In this document: piece after piece, positions 49,200-60,523 of the stretch
How the letters are laid out: each line of letters opens with the position of its first letter
How positions within the stretch are numbered: position 1 is the stretch's first letter
From: Actinomycetota bacterium
GTDB lineage: Bacteria; Actinomycetota; Acidimicrobiia; Acidimicrobiales; VFJN01
Length of the DNA stretch: 64,000 nucleotides
Assembly: GCA_046723645.1 (NCBI GenBank)
Contig: JBKOUY010000044.1
Location: 14,199-78,198 of the forward strand
Reading direction: 5' to 3'
Notes under the pieces: generated by a model
What the model was told of the DNA's origin: nothing
Database searches by the model: none
What the model saw: only the letters and a program-made list of their open reading frames with translations
Translations under genes and position numbers: made by a program

Positions 49200-49233
49200 C
49201 TATCGCGGCGGTCCGAGACAAGGAGCCAGCCCG

Positions 49234-50451
49234 TTGCCGTCCACGCAATCTACGAGCCGCATCTCCTCCCGGGTTGCCGCCATCACAGAGTCGGCCACCC
49301 TCGCCGTCGACGCCAAGGCCAAGGCCCTCAAGGCCGCCGGCGAGCCCGTGATCGGCTTCGGCGCCGGCGAGCCGGACTTCCCGACGCCTCCACACATCGT
49401 CGAGGCGGCGGCGGCGGCCTGCCGCAACCCCCGCAACCACAAGTACACGCCGGCCGCCGGGCTGCCCGAGCTGCGCGAGGCCATCGCCGCCAAGACGAAG
49501 CGCGACTCCGGCTACGACGTGCAGGCCGCGCAGGTGCTCGTCACCAACGGGGGCAAGCACGCGGTCTACAACACCTTCGCAACCCTGCTCGACCCCGGTG
49601 ACGAGGTGCTGCTGCCGGCGCCGTACTGGACCACCTACCCCGAGCCGATCCGCCTTGCCGGGGGCGTGCCCGTGGTCTTGCCCACCGACGAGGCGACGGG
49701 TTTCCGCGTCGGTCTCGAGCAGCTCGATGCAGCCGTCACCGACCGCACCAAGGCGCTGCTGTTCGTCTCGCCGTCCAACCCCACGGGCGTCGTCTACCCA
49801 CCGGCCGAGGTGGAGGCCATCGGCCGCTGGGCCGTCGACCGGGGGATCTGGGTCGTCACCGACGAGATCTACGAGCACCTGACCTACGGCGAGCACGTCT
49901 TCACGTCGATGCCGACGCTGGTGCCCGAGCTCGCCGAGCGGTGCGTCGTCGTCAACGGCGTCGCCAAGACCTACGCCATGACCGGCTGGCGGGTGGGCTG
50001 GATGGTCGGTCCGAGCGACGTGATCAAGGCGGCCGCCAACCTGCAGTCGCACGCCACGTCCAACGTCGCCAACGTGTCCCAGGTGGCGGCCCTGGCTGCG
50101 GTGGCGGGCGACCTCGACGCCGCCGCCGAGATGCGGACCGCCTTCGAACGCCGGGGCCGCACCATGCATCGGCTGCTGTCGGGCGTCCCCGACGTCCACG
50201 TCCTCGAGCCCCAGGGTGCGTTCTACGCGTTGCCCAACCTGTCCGCGTACCTCGGGTGCAGCATCCGCGGTGAGGTCCCCCGCACCACCGTCGAGCTGTG
50301 CGGCATCCTGCTCGACCACGCGATGGTGGCGACGGTGCCCGGCGAGGCGTTCGACGCCCCGGGTTACGCCCGCCTGTCGTTCGCGCTCGGCGACGACGAC
50401 CTGGGCGAGGGCTGCCGCCGGATCGGCGACCTGCTGGCGGAGGCCTCGTAG
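49234..50451 (+). CDS. aspC: pyridoxal-phosphate-dependent aminotransferase, class I (aspartate aminotransferase-like)
   Basis: [57 protein letters not shown] 49234 is preceded by AAGGAG at an 8-nt spacing. Confidence 0.85.
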   Translation: MPSTQSTSRISSRVAAITESATLAVDAKAKALKAAGEPVIGFGAGEPDFPTPPHIVEAAAAACRNPRNHKYTPAAGLPELREAIAAKTKRDSGYDVQAAQVLVTNGGKHAVYNTFATLLDPGDEVLLPAPYWTTYPEPIRLAGGVPVVLPTDEATGFRVGLEQLDAAVTDRTKALLFVSPSNPTGVVYPPAEVEAIGRWAVDRGIWVVTDEIYEHLTYGEHVFTSMPTLVPELAERCVVVNGVAKTYAMTGWRVGWMVGPSDVIKAAANLQSHATSNVANVSQVAALAAVAGDLDAAAEMRTAFERRGRTMHRLLSGVPDVHVLEPQGAFYALPNLSAYLGCSIRGEVPRTTVELCGILLDHAMVATVPGEAFDAPGYARLSFALGDDDLGEGCRRIGDLLAEAS

Positions 50452-50521
50452 CCGTTCCACAGCCGTCCGGTGACGATCGCGGGTGGTTTGGGCCACCGAT
50501 CCCGCGGCAAGAATCGGGCCC

Positions 50522-52567
50522 ATGACGTCCTACGGCTCGTGGATCACGCCCATCACGTCCGAGCTCGTCGTCCGTGCCGCGGCCGTGCTCGGCGCCGTGG
50601 CGGTCGAGGGCGATCACGTCTGGTGGTCGGAGCTCCGGCCCGAGGAGGGGGGCCGCACGCAGATCGTCCACAAGGTCGGCGACGGACCGGCCGCGGACCT
50701 CCTGCCCGCCGGGTTCAACGCCCGCACGGCGGTCCACGAGTACGGCGGGGGCGCGTGGTGGGTGCGCGGCGAGAGCCTCTGGTTCGCGAACTGGGACGAC
50801 CAGCGCCTGTACCGCCTGACCGGCCGGGCCATGCCGGTCCCGCTGACTCCGGAGCCCGAGGCGCCCCGCGGGGACCGCTGGGCGGACGGCGAGGTGGACG
50901 CGTCGGGCCGGTGGACGGTCGTCGTGCGCGAGCACCACGCTCCCGAGGCCACCCCGGCAGAGGTCGTCAACGAGCTGATGGTGCTCGACGGCAGCGGCGA
51001 CCTCGAGCCCCGGGCGCTGGTCAGCGGGCCCGACTTCGTCTCGGATCCCCGGCTCTCGCCCGACGGCGGACGGCTGTCGTGGCTGCAGTGGAACCACCCC
51101 GACATGCCCTGGGACGGCACCGAGCTCATGGTGGCGCCGGTCGAGTGGGACGCTGCCGGCCCCCAGCTCGGCGCGCCCGCGGTCGTCGCCGGCCGGCCCC
51201 ACCGGGCCCCGGGCGGCACGGGCGACGGCGAGTCGGTGTTCCAGCCCCGCTGGCACCGGGACGGCTCGCTGTGGTTCGTCTCCGACCGCACCGGCTGGGG
51301 CAACCTCTACCGCTGGGTGGCCGAGGACGGTGGGGGCGAGGTCGAGCCCCGGGTCCAGATGGAGGGCGAGATCGGCGTGCCGCAATGGGTGTTCGGCCAG
51401 TCGCGCTACGCCTTCCTGGACGACGGCAGGGTCGTGTTCGCCTACCAGAGCGACGGTCTCGACCACCTGGCGGTGGAGTTGCCCGACGGATCGGCCGGCG
51501 ACCTGGACGTGCCGTACACCGCGATCGCCTCGCCGGAGGCGGCCGGCGACGGCGTGGTGTTCATCGGCGCGTCGGCGGTCGCCGAGCCGGCGGTGGTGCG
51601 GGTGCCACTGTTGCCGGCGGCCGACGAACCCGGCGGGGCCAAGGCCGGCACACCCGAGGTCCTGCGCCCGCCGCGCGACCTGGGCCTCGACGCGGCCTGG
51701 TTCTCGGTGCCTGAGCCCATCGCCTTCCCCACCAGCGGTGGCCGCACCGCGCACGCCCTCTTCTACCCGCCGACCAACCCGCAGGCAGCGGCGACCGGCG
51801 GCGAGGGCGGCGACAAGCCGCCGCTTCTGGTGTTCATCCACGGCGGGCCGACCGCGGCGGCCCGGCCGATGCTCCAGTTGGGCATCCAGTACTGGACCAG
51901 CCGCGGCCTGGCGGTCGTCGACGTCAACTACGGCGGCTCGACCGGCTACGGCCGTGCGTACCTCCGCCAGCTCGACCACCACTGGGGGATCATCGACCTC
52001 GACGACTGCGTGGCCGCCGCCCGGTGGCTGGCCGACCGGGGCCGGGTGGACGCCGACCGCCTGGCCATCCGGGGCGGCTCGGCCGGCGGCTACACGACGC
52101 TGGCGGCCCTGGCGTTCCGGGACACGTTCGCGGCCGGTGCCAGCCACTTCGGCGTCGCCGACCTCGAGGCCCTCACCACCGAGACCCACAAGTTCGAGAG
52201 CCGCTACCTCGACGGCCTGATCGGACCGTACCCGGAGGAGCGGGACGTCTACGTCGAGCGCTCGCCGATCCACCACGTCGAGGGGATCGACCGTCCGCTG
52301 ATCGTGCTCCAGGGGCTGGAGGACGAGGTCGTGCCGCCCAACCAGGCCGAGATGATCGTCGATGCCCTGCGCCGCAGGGGCGTGCCGGTCGCCTACCTGA
52401 CGTTCGAGGGCGAGCAGCACGGCTTCCGCCAGGCGGCCAACATCCGCCGGGCGCTCGACGCCGAGCTGTCGTTCTACGGCCAGGTCTTCGGCTTCGACCT
52501 GCCCGCGGGTGAGGGCATCGAGCCGGTCACGGTCGAGAACCTCGGACACGAACAGCCGCTCCCGTAA
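50522..52567 (+). CDS. S9-family serine peptidase (acylaminoacyl/dipeptidyl-peptidase-like) with N-terminal beta-propeller
   Basis: IHGGPT, RGGSAGGYTTLAAL (GxSxGG), LQGLEDEVVPPNQ, GEQHGF. Confidence 0.85.
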   Translation: MTSYGSWITPITSELVVRAAAVLGAVAVEGDHVWWSELRPEEGGRTQIVHKVGDGPAADLLPAGFNARTAVHEYGGGAWWVRGESLWFANWDDQRLYRLTGRAMPVPLTPEPEAPRGDRWADGEVDASGRWTVVVREHHAPEATPAEVVNELMVLDGSGDLEPRALVSGPDFVSDPRLSPDGGRLSWLQWNHPDMPWDGTELMVAPVEWDAAGPQLGAPAVVAGRPHRAPGGTGDGESVFQPRWHRDGSLWFVSDRTGWGNLYRWVAEDGGGEVEPRVQMEGEIGVPQWVFGQSRYAFLDDGRVVFAYQSDGLDHLAVELPDGSAGDLDVPYTAIASPEAAGDGVVFIGASAVAEPAVVRVPLLPAADEPGGAKAGTPEVLRPPRDLGLDAAWFSVPEPIAFPTSGGRTAHALFYPPTNPQAAATGGEGGDKPPLLVFIHGGPTAAARPMLQLGIQYWTSRGLAVVDVNYGGSTGYGRAYLRQLDHHWGIIDLDDCVAAARWLADRGRVDADRLAIRGGSAGGYTTLAALAFRDTFAAGASHFGVADLEALTTETHKFESRYLDGLIGPYPEERDVYVERSPIHHVEGIDRPLIVLQGLEDEVVPPNQAEMIVDALRRRGVPVAYLTFEGEQHGFRQAANIRRALDAELSFYGQVFGFDLPAGEGIEPVTVENLGHEQPLP

Positions 52568-52695
52568 CGGCGGCGGCCCCTGGTGCGTTCTGATGAATGG
52601 ACGGCTGGGACCGTTGTGCGTGGTCAGTTCATGCCTCTGGGGAGGATCGACCCCGCGTCCACGACCGGGCTGGACCGCAGGAGGAGCCAATCTCC

Positions 52696-52950
52696 ATGGC
52701 AGACCTATCCCAGCAGGAGGCGCTCGATCAGGTCGCCGACAGCATCGCCGCCGCCGTGCACATCACCCACGACCGCTGGGACCAGATCCAGGGCGACCAG
52801 CGAATGCGGGGCGTGGTGTTCTTCGCCCGCCACTGCCTCGAGGCCCTGGACCTCGACAACCCGCCGGTGGCCGACCGGGCGCTCTCGAAGATGGACGCCG
52901 CCCGGGCCCTGATCGGCGACGATGTGGGGGATGAGGACGAGACGGGCTAG
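52696..52950 (+). CDS. 84-aa acidic hypothetical protein
   Basis: AGGAGG RBS 7 nt upstream of the ATG; MADLSQQEALDQVADSIAAAVHITHDRWDQ.... The TAG stop is the TAG of the CTAG terminus of the next MITE-like copy. Confidence 0.45.
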   Translation: MADLSQQEALDQVADSIAAAVHITHDRWDQIQGDQRMRGVVFFARHCLEALDLDNPPVADRALSKMDAARALIGDDVGDEDETG

Positions 52951-53009
52951 TGGGCCCTCGCGGAAGTCATCGTGGCGTCTCGCCGGCCAGATCCGCGAGC
53001 ACCCACTCG
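52947..53009. mobile_element. MITE-like element, short internally deleted copy C (63 bp)
   Basis: The first 51 nt match copy A with 2 mismatches (ctagtgggccctcgcggaagtcatcgtggcgtctcgccggccagatccgc), joined directly to a right-end remnant gagcacccactcg. Confidence 0.5.
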
Positions 53010-53058
53010 TGGGCCCGACTGAGGCCCTGGTCAGTGCGCTGACTAGGGTGTTTCCGCT

Positions 53059-54621
53059 ATGGCGCGCATCCTCGTGACCGAGAACATCGCCGACGGCGGG
53101 CTCCAGCAACTGCGGGATGCCGGCCATGTCGTCGACGTCCGCCTCGGCCTTTCCGCGGGCGAGCTGATCGAGGTGATCCCCGGCGCCGGGGCCCTCATCA
53201 TCCGGTCTGCCACCCAGGTGACCCGGGAGGTCCTGGACGCGGGCACCGATCTCGTCGTCGTCGGCCGGGCAGGCATCGGGCTCGACAACGTCGACGTCGA
53301 GGCCGCGACCCAGCGTGGCGTGATGGTCGTCAACGCGCCGCAGTCGAACATCCTCTCGGCGGCGGAGCACGCGATGGCACTGCTCCTGGCCCAGGCCCGG
53401 AACATCCCCCAGGCGCATCGGGCGCTGAGCGAGGGGCGCTGGGAGCGCTCGAAGTGGGAGGGCGTGGAGCTCGCCGACAAGACCCTCGGGATCGTGGGCC
53501 TCGGGCGCATCGGCAAGCTGGTGGCGCAGCGGGCGCTCGCGTTCGGGATGCGCCTGGTCGCGTACGACCCGTTCGTGTCGGCGGAGCGGGCCCGCCAGCT
53601 CTCCGTGGAGCTGCTCCCCCTCGAGCAGCTCGTGCAGGCGGCCGACTTCATCACCCTGCACGTCGCCAAAACCCCCGAGACTGCGGGCATGATCGGCAAG
53701 GACCTGCTCGCGGTGGCCAAGCCGGGCATCCGCATCATCAATGTGGCGCGGGGCGGCATCGTGGACGAGGCGGCCCTGGCCGAGGCCATCCGCGCCGGCC
53801 GGGTCGCCGGGGCCGCGCTGGACGTCTTCGCAGCCGAGCCCACCACCGACTCGCCGCTGTTCGGCCTGCCGCAGGTGGTGGTCACGCCACACCTCGGCGC
53901 CAGCACGCGGGAGGCGCAGGACAAGGCGGGCGACACGATCGCCGAGCAGGTGGCCCTGGCGCTGGCCGACGAGTTCGTCCCCTTCGCCGTGAACGTGAGC
54001 GCCGCCGAGGCGTCGGAGACCGTCCGCCCGTTCCTGCCCCTCGCCGAGCGCCTGGGCGAGCTGTTCGGCGGCCTGGTCGATCGCGTGCCCGAGGTCCTGG
54101 AGGTCGAGTACGCGGGCCAGCTCGCCGACTACGACACCCGCATCCTCACTCTGTCGGTGCTCAAGGGCGCGTTCGGGCGGGTGACCGACGAGCCGGTCTC
54201 CTACGTGAACGCGCCCCGCATCGCCAGCGATCGTGGTGTCGAGGTGCGGGACACCTCGACGGCCACCGCCCACGACTACGTCAACCTCGTGACCATCAGG
54301 GGTGGCGACCACGCCATCGCCGGCACCCTGGTCGGCCTGCGGGCCGAGCCCCGGATCGTCATGCTCGACGGCCACACGATCGACCTGCCCCCGGCCAAGC
54401 ACATGCTGGTGGTCCGCAACGACGACCGGCCCGGCATGATCGCCTTCGTGGCCGGGGTGCTGGCCGATGCGGTGGTCAACATCGACGACATGCACCTCGG
54501 CCGGTCGGACCGGGGCCAGGCGGCCCTCCAGGTGATCGCGACCGACGTCGCGGTGCCCGCCGAGGTCCAGAACGCCATCCGGGCCGGGGACGGCGTCGTC
54601 TCGGTGCACGCCCTCAGCTGA
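53059..54621 (+). CDS. serA: D-3-phosphoglycerate dehydrogenase (long form with ACT domain)
   Basis: GIVGLGRIGKLVAQRA (NAD fold), NVARGGIVDE, TPHLGAST, and the C-terminal ASB/ACT region. Confidence 0.92.
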   Translation: MARILVTENIADGGLQQLRDAGHVVDVRLGLSAGELIEVIPGAGALIIRSATQVTREVLDAGTDLVVVGRAGIGLDNVDVEAATQRGVMVVNAPQSNILSAAEHAMALLLAQARNIPQAHRALSEGRWERSKWEGVELADKTLGIVGLGRIGKLVAQRALAFGMRLVAYDPFVSAERARQLSVELLPLEQLVQAADFITLHVAKTPETAGMIGKDLLAVAKPGIRIINVARGGIVDEAALAEAIRAGRVAGAALDVFAAEPTTDSPLFGLPQVVVTPHLGASTREAQDKAGDTIAEQVALALADEFVPFAVNVSAAEASETVRPFLPLAERLGELFGGLVDRVPEVLEVEYAGQLADYDTRILTLSVLKGAFGRVTDEPVSYVNAPRIASDRGVEVRDTSTATAHDYVNLVTIRGGDHAIAGTLVGLRAEPRIVMLDGHTIDLPPAKHMLVVRNDDRPGMIAFVAGVLADAVVNIDDMHLGRSDRGQAALQVIATDVAVPAEVQNAIRAGDGVVSVHALS

Positions 54622-54636
54622 CGCCACGCTCGGCCG

Positions 54637-54663
54637 CCGGCGCGGCGGGTCGCACCGCGCCGG
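54637..54663. terminator. bidirectional hairpin between convergent serA and the AKKA-repeat gene
   Basis: ccggcgcgg-cgggtcgca-ccgcgccgg (perfect 9-bp stem); no U-tract. Confidence 0.4.
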
Positions 54664-54668
54664 TCGCT

Positions 54669-55133
54669 TCAACCGCCGCCGGCGTCGCTGCCGTCGCTGC
54701 CGGGCTCGCCCGAGGGGGGCGCCGCCTTCTTGGCGGCGGCCTTCTTGGCCCCGGCTTTCTTGGCGGGAACCTTGCCGGCAGCTGCCTTCTTGGCGGTTGC
54801 CTTCTTGGCGGCGGCCTTCTTGGCGGCGGCCTTCTTGGCCCCGGTCTTCTGGGTGGGTGCCTTCTTGGCGGGCGCCTTGCCCGCAGCCGCCTTCTTGGCT
54901 GCGGCCTTCGCCGGGGGCGCCTTGGCCGCCGGCGCCTGGCGAACAGGGGGCGCGTCCTGGGCGCGGGCGGCCTCCTTGGCGACGGGAGGCGTCGCAGGTC
55001 GGGCTTGGGATCGGGCTGCGGGACGATTGGCGGCGGGCTCGGGCGTCGGCCGCTCCCGGAGGAAGCGCACCAGCGCCTGGACCGCGGCCACCAGCGCGAC
55101 CAGCAGGCCCATGCGGAACAGTCGGCGACTCAC
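54669..55133 (-). CDS. membrane-anchored Lys/Ala-repeat (histone H1/HupB-tail-like) protein
   Basis: VSRRLFRMGLLVALVAAVQALVRFL (TM helix), then a Pro/Ala-rich linker, then AAKKAAAGKAPAKKAPTQKTGAKKAAAKKAAAKKATAKKAAAGKVPAKKAGAKKAAAKKAA. GTG 55133 is preceded by GGGAG. The DNA shows 15-bp tandem units gccttcttggcggcg. Confidence 0.6.
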   Translation of the reverse strand: MSRRLFRMGLLVALVAAVQALVRFLRERPTPEPAANRPAARSQARPATPPVAKEAARAQDAPPVRQAPAAKAPPAKAAAKKAAAGKAPAKKAPTQKTGAKKAAAKKAAAKKATAKKAAAGKVPAKKAGAKKAAAKKAAPPSGEPGSDGSDAGGG

Positions 55134-55249
55134 GGCTCCCGAGGCTAACCCTCGGCGACCTCCCCTGACCGGACCGCACGCCCGGCCGCGCCCGGCCACG
55201 CCCGTCGCCGCCTTGACGCCGGGTCCACGGCTCCGGCAGCATTGCTTCG

Positions 55250-55285
55250 ATGCGCCTGCACACCGCCGGCCTGCTTCTTACCTGA
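55250..55285 (+). CDS. leuA leader peptide (11 aa, Leu-rich)
   Basis: ATG CGC CTG CAC ACC GCC GGC CTG CTT CTT ACC TGA = MRLHTAGLLLT (4 Leu, 3 consecutive). Followed by a perfect 10-bp hairpin gacgagcacc-gcacata-ggtgctcgtc (55286-55312). Confidence 0.55.
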   Translation: MRLHTAGLLLT

Positions 55286-55303
55286 GACGAGCACCGCACA
55301 TAG

Positions 55304-57061
<1,758 letters not shown>

Positions 57062-57068
57062 CGCGGAA

Positions 57069-57085
57069 ACCACCGTGTCGGTGGT
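57069..57085 (+). terminator. hairpin just after the leuA stop
   Basis: accaccg-tgt-cggtggt, 8 nt after the TGA; no U-tract. Confidence 0.35.
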
Positions 57086-57283
57086 CGATGCCGCCACTCA
57101 GCGCGCGCTCGTCACCACATTGTCATGTGTAACCGATGTCACACCGGGCTAAGGTTCGGTCGCTCAATGACCGCACCGAACGCCGAGCAGGTGCCCCGGG
57201 CCTGGGCCGGGCACCCGTGACGGGTCCCTCCCGCCGGCGATCTCCAACCGATCGTCGACGGGAGGGCGGTCGTTGCCTTCGGA

Positions 57284-58804
57284 ATGGCGGCGCGCCCGGC
57301 CAACGCCGACCCGGTCGGTGGTGGCGGTGTGGCATCCTGCGCCTGCGTGGTGCGCCGCCGACTGATCTTCGTCGCCGGAGCCTCGCTGTTGGTCGCGACG
57401 GTCGTGGCGGCCGCGGCGATCGTGGCCCGTGACGGTTCGAGCGCGCCTCCGCCCGCCGCGACCACCGGTACGACGACCAGCGCCGCCGCGGGACCTGGCG
57501 GGAGCGCCGGGGCCGGCGGCGTCGGCGACCCCTACTTCCCGGAGACCGGCAACGGCGGCTACGACGTCGACCATTACGCGCTCGATCTCACGTGGGACCC
57601 GACGCGCGAGCACCTCGACGGCGTGACCAGCATCGATGCCGTCGCCACGGAGGCGCTGTCCAGCTTCTCCCTGGACCTGATCGGGCTGCGCGTCACGGCA
57701 GTCGACGTCGACGACAAGCCGGCGCGCTGGGAGCGCCCCGACGACCACGAGCTCGTCGTGACCCCCGGCCACACGCTCGCGGACGGTGCGCCGTTCTCGG
57801 CCGTGGTCCACTACGACGGCACGCCAGCACCCATCGCCGGCCCCCCGCCGCTGGAGCCCGGGTTCAAGACCGACGGGCGCGAGGTCTACGTGGCGTCCGA
57901 GCCCGACGGGGCCGCCACCTTCTTCCCCGCCAACGACCACCCCACCGACAAGGCAACCTACGAGATCCGCGTAACGGTCCCCGACGACCTGGGCGTGGCC
58001 GCCAACGGGCTGCGGCGCGACGTGATCGCCCGTGGCGGCGGGACCGAGACGTGGGTGTTCGACGCTGCGGATCCCATGGCCACGTACCTCGTCCAGGTGG
58101 TGATCGGCAACCTTCGCTTCGAGACGCGGGCCGGTCCCGCCGGGCTCCCGATCCGCAATGCGTACGACGAGGACCTTCCGGAGGGCGTGGACGCCGCGTT
58201 CGCGCGGCAGGGCGAGATGATCGACTTCTTCGACGACCGGTTCGGCCCCTATCCGTTCGCCACCTACGGCGCCGTGGTGGTCGACGACGACCTCGGCTTT
58301 GCCCTCGAGACGCAGACCCTGTCGCTGTTCGGCGGAGACGAAGCGGCGGAGCCTGTCGTCGCCCACGAGCTCGCGCATCAGTGGTTCGGCGACCACGTGA
58401 GCGTGGGCAGCTGGCGCGACATCTGGCTCAACGAGGGCTTCGCCACCTACGCCCAGTGGCTGTGGTCCGAGCACCGGGGCGACGGCACGGTGGACGAGAT
58501 CGCGCAGGGTTTCACGCACACCCCCGGGCTCGACCTGCCGCCCGCCGACCCCGGGGCGGACCGGCTGTTTCACGCAACTGTGTACGTGCGGGGCGCGCTC
58601 ACCCTGCACGTCCTCCGGCACGAGTTGGGCGACGAGCTGTTCTTCGAGCTTCTGCGCACCTGGGTCGATCGCTACGGCGGGGCATCCGCCACGACGGCCG
58701 ATTTCGAGGCGCTCGCCGAGGAGGTCGCACGCCGCGATCTGAGCGGCCTGTTCGACGCCTGGCTGCGCGCCCCCATCCTCCCGACGCTCGCGGAGTGGCT
58801 GTGA
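57284..58804 (+). CDS. M1-family zinc metallopeptidase (aminopeptidase N-like), membrane-anchored or secreted
   Basis: HELAHQWFGDHVSVGSWRDIWLNEGFATY (HExxH-18-E); N-terminal hydrophobic segment LIFVAGASLLVATVVAAAAIV. Confidence 0.85.
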   Translation: MAARPANADPVGGGGVASCACVVRRRLIFVAGASLLVATVVAAAAIVARDGSSAPPPAATTGTTTSAAAGPGGSAGAGGVGDPYFPETGNGGYDVDHYALDLTWDPTREHLDGVTSIDAVATEALSSFSLDLIGLRVTAVDVDDKPARWERPDDHELVVTPGHTLADGAPFSAVVHYDGTPAPIAGPPPLEPGFKTDGREVYVASEPDGAATFFPANDHPTDKATYEIRVTVPDDLGVAANGLRRDVIARGGGTETWVFDAADPMATYLVQVVIGNLRFETRAGPAGLPIRNAYDEDLPEGVDAAFARQGEMIDFFDDRFGPYPFATYGAVVVDDDLGFALETQTLSLFGGDEAAEPVVAHELAHQWFGDHVSVGSWRDIWLNEGFATYAQWLWSEHRGDGTVDEIAQGFTHTPGLDLPPADPGADRLFHATVYVRGALTLHVLRHELGDELFFELLRTWVDRYGGASATTADFEALAEEVARRDLSGLFDAWLRAPILPTLAEWL

Positions 58805-58827
58805 CCGCGCGCTCGCGCGGGCGGCCA

Positions 58828-58905
58828 CTAGCGGGTGCTCGCGGGAGTTCCGTGGATGGATCTGGCCGGCGAGACGCCACGATGACTTCCGCGAGCGTCC
58901 ACTAG
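58828..58905. mobile_element. MITE-like element, internally deleted copy D (78 bp, inverted relative to copy A)
   Basis: Reverse complement: ctagtggacgctcgcggaagtcatcgtggcgtctcgccggccagatcc|atccacggaactcccgcgagcacccgctag. This equals copy A minus its central 90 bp, with ATCC microhomology at the junction. Confidence 0.55.
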
Positions 58906-58959
58906 TGTCCCCGCGGGGCCCGGCCGCAAAGCCGGGTGGCTCGATACTGGGAGAGATGT

Positions 58960-59280
58960 GTGAGCGAGCAGGCAAGCCTCGAGATCCTCGAAAAGTCCGG
59001 CCGCGTCGCCGCGGCCAGGCTCGCCGGCGATCTCGACATCGTGACGTCCGAGGGCGTGAAGCGAGAGCTCGCGGGACTGGTCGACTCCGGCCACGATTCG
59101 CTGGTGCTCGACCTCTCGGGTGTGGGGTTCGTGGACTCCAGCGGGCTGGGGGCGCTCGTGGCGCTGCACCGGCATGCGGAGTCGCAGGGCGGCCGGTTCT
59201 CGGTCCGGGCCGTCCCGCCTCAGGTGCAGCGCCTGTTCGCAATCACTCGCCTCGACGATCTCCTCGCCGTCGAGTCCTAG
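58960..59280 (+). CDS. STAS-domain anti-sigma-factor antagonist (RsbV/SpoIIAA-like)
   Basis: LVLDLSGVGFVDSSGLGALVAL (phosphorylatable Ser context). Start GTG 58960 after GGGAGAG (the track start is 58936). Confidence 0.8.
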   Translation: MSEQASLEILEKSGRVAAARLAGDLDIVTSEGVKRELAGLVDSGHDSLVLDLSGVGFVDSSGLGALVALHRHAESQGGRFSVRAVPPQVQRLFAITRLDDLLAVES

Positions 59281-59302
59281 TCGCCCGGGACTGCTCACGT
59301 CT

Positions 59303-59341
59303 TTGAAGAAAATGCGGGGTCAGAGCCCCGAGGATCTTCAA
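59303..59341. terminator. compound hairpin between the convergent STAS and sigma genes
   Basis: ttgaaga...gggg-tcagag-cccc...tcttcaa, in a locally A/T-richer context. Confidence 0.4.
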
Positions 59342-59354
59342 GGTCGCGGTGGTG

Positions 59355-60113
59355 TCAGCGGTCCAGCGCCTCGCGGAGCTCCAGCAGGCAGCGGCGGATG
59401 AGGCGCGACACGTGCATCTGGCTGATGCCCAAACGCTCGGCGATCTCGCTCTGGGTCAGCTCGTCGTAGAAGCGCAGGCGCACGATCTCGGCCTCGCGCG
59501 CCGGCAGCGTGCCCAGCAGCTGGCCGACCAGCAGTCGGAGCTCCACGGGCCGGCTCGGTGGCTCGGTGCCGGGAAGGCGCTCGGCGAGCGACGCCCCCTC
59601 CTCGTCGCCCGGGCGCCGAGCGTCCAGGCTCGCCGCCCGGTACGCGGCTCCGGCCTCCATGGCCTCCAGCACCTCGTCCTCGGAGATCTGGAGCTCGGCC
59701 GCCAGTTCGGCGACGGTCGGCGGCCTGCCCAGGTTCGCCGACATCGTGGCCGTGGCCCGGCGGAGGTCGAGGTGGCGCTCCTGCGTGCTCCGCGGCGGGC
59801 GCACCGCCCACGTGCGGTCGCGGAAGTAGCGCTTGATCTCGCCGTTGACGGTGCGGCTGGCGAACGACGAGAAGGGGATGCCGCGGTCGGGGTCGAACCG
59901 CTCGACGGCCTTCAGGATGCCGAGCATCGCGATCTGCACGAGGTCGTCGAGGTCGACGCCCCGGCCCCGGTAGTCGTTCGCGATCCGAGCCGCCAAACCC
60001 CGATGCGCCTCGACCAGCTCGTTGCGGACCGACCTCTCGTGGGTGTCACGGAAGTCGCGGAAGCGCCGATCGATGACGTCGTCGGGTTCGTCTGGCTCGC
60101 GGAGGTCGGTCAT
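59355..60113 (-). CDS. SigB/SigF/SigG-family (group 3) RNA polymerase sigma factor
   Basis: [19 protein letters not shown] (region 2), [12 protein letters not shown] (region 3), [20 protein letters not shown] (region 4.2). ATGA overlap with the upstream anti-sigma gene. Confidence 0.88.
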   Translation of the reverse strand: MTDLREPDEPDDVIDRRFRDFRDTHERSVRNELVEAHRGLAARIANDYRGRGVDLDDLVQIAMLGILKAVERFDPDRGIPFSSFASRTVNGEIKRYFRDRTWAVRPPRSTQERHLDLRRATATMSANLGRPPTVAELAAELQISEDEVLEAMEAGAAYRAASLDARRPGDEEGASLAERLPGTEPPSRPVELRLLVGQLLGTLPAREAEIVRLRFYDELTQSEIAERLGISQMHVSRLIRRCLLELREALDR

Positions 60114-60523
60114 GTGGTCCGGGCGCGCTTCACCAGGTGAAAGCGGCGTCCCGCGTGGTCGGCCTCGAAGCTGTGGACATCGACGACCACACGCAGGATC
60201 TCGAGGGCCAGGTCGTCGACCGCCGGTGGCCCACCCGCGCCGGGCGCGCCGGTCGTCCCGGACGCCGCGGGGCCTGCCTCGCCCCTGCCCTCGACCGTCA
60301 CCTCGCCGGGCGCGCTCAGGTACGTCACGTGGATCGACAGCCCGGGATTCTCGACCCCGTCGACCAGGAGAGCGACGAGCTCGCTGACGGCGATCCGGAG
60401 ATCCTCGGTGTCGTCGATGCTGAGGCCGGCCTCGGCGCCGACGCCGCTCGCCACGAGGCGGGCGAGCCGGGCCGAGCTGCGCTCGGCGGGGGCGGTCAGC
60501 TGAACGGGTCGGCGAGAGTTCAT
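60110..60523 (-). CDS. RsbW/UsfX-like anti-sigma factor with a degenerate kinase N-box
   Basis: ARLVASGVGAEAGLSIDDTEDLRIAVSELVALLV follows the RsbW N-terminal pattern but lacks the N and H of E..NA..H. Translationally coupled to the sigma gene. Confidence 0.6.
   Translation of the reverse strand: MNSRRPVQLTAPAERSSARLARLVASGVGAEAGLSIDDTEDLRIAVSELVALLVDGVENPGLSIHVTYLSAPGEVTVEGRGEAGPAASGTTGAPGAGGPPAVDDLALEILRVVVDVHSFEADHAGRRFHLVKRARTT

Noticed and set aside
50024-52690. 888-aa minus-strand ORF opposite the S9 peptidase and aspC
   Set aside because: The sense-strand genes carry clear catalytic motifs (GGSAGG, PLP lysine). The antisense product is Arg/Gly/Pro-rich with no motif.
54720-54960. Short tandem DNA repeats (gccttcttggcggcg units), considered as a CRISPR-like or VNTR array
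   Set aside because: The units are contiguous 15-mers without spacers and correspond to in-frame AAKKA peptide repeats of a coding gene. This is not a CRISPR array.
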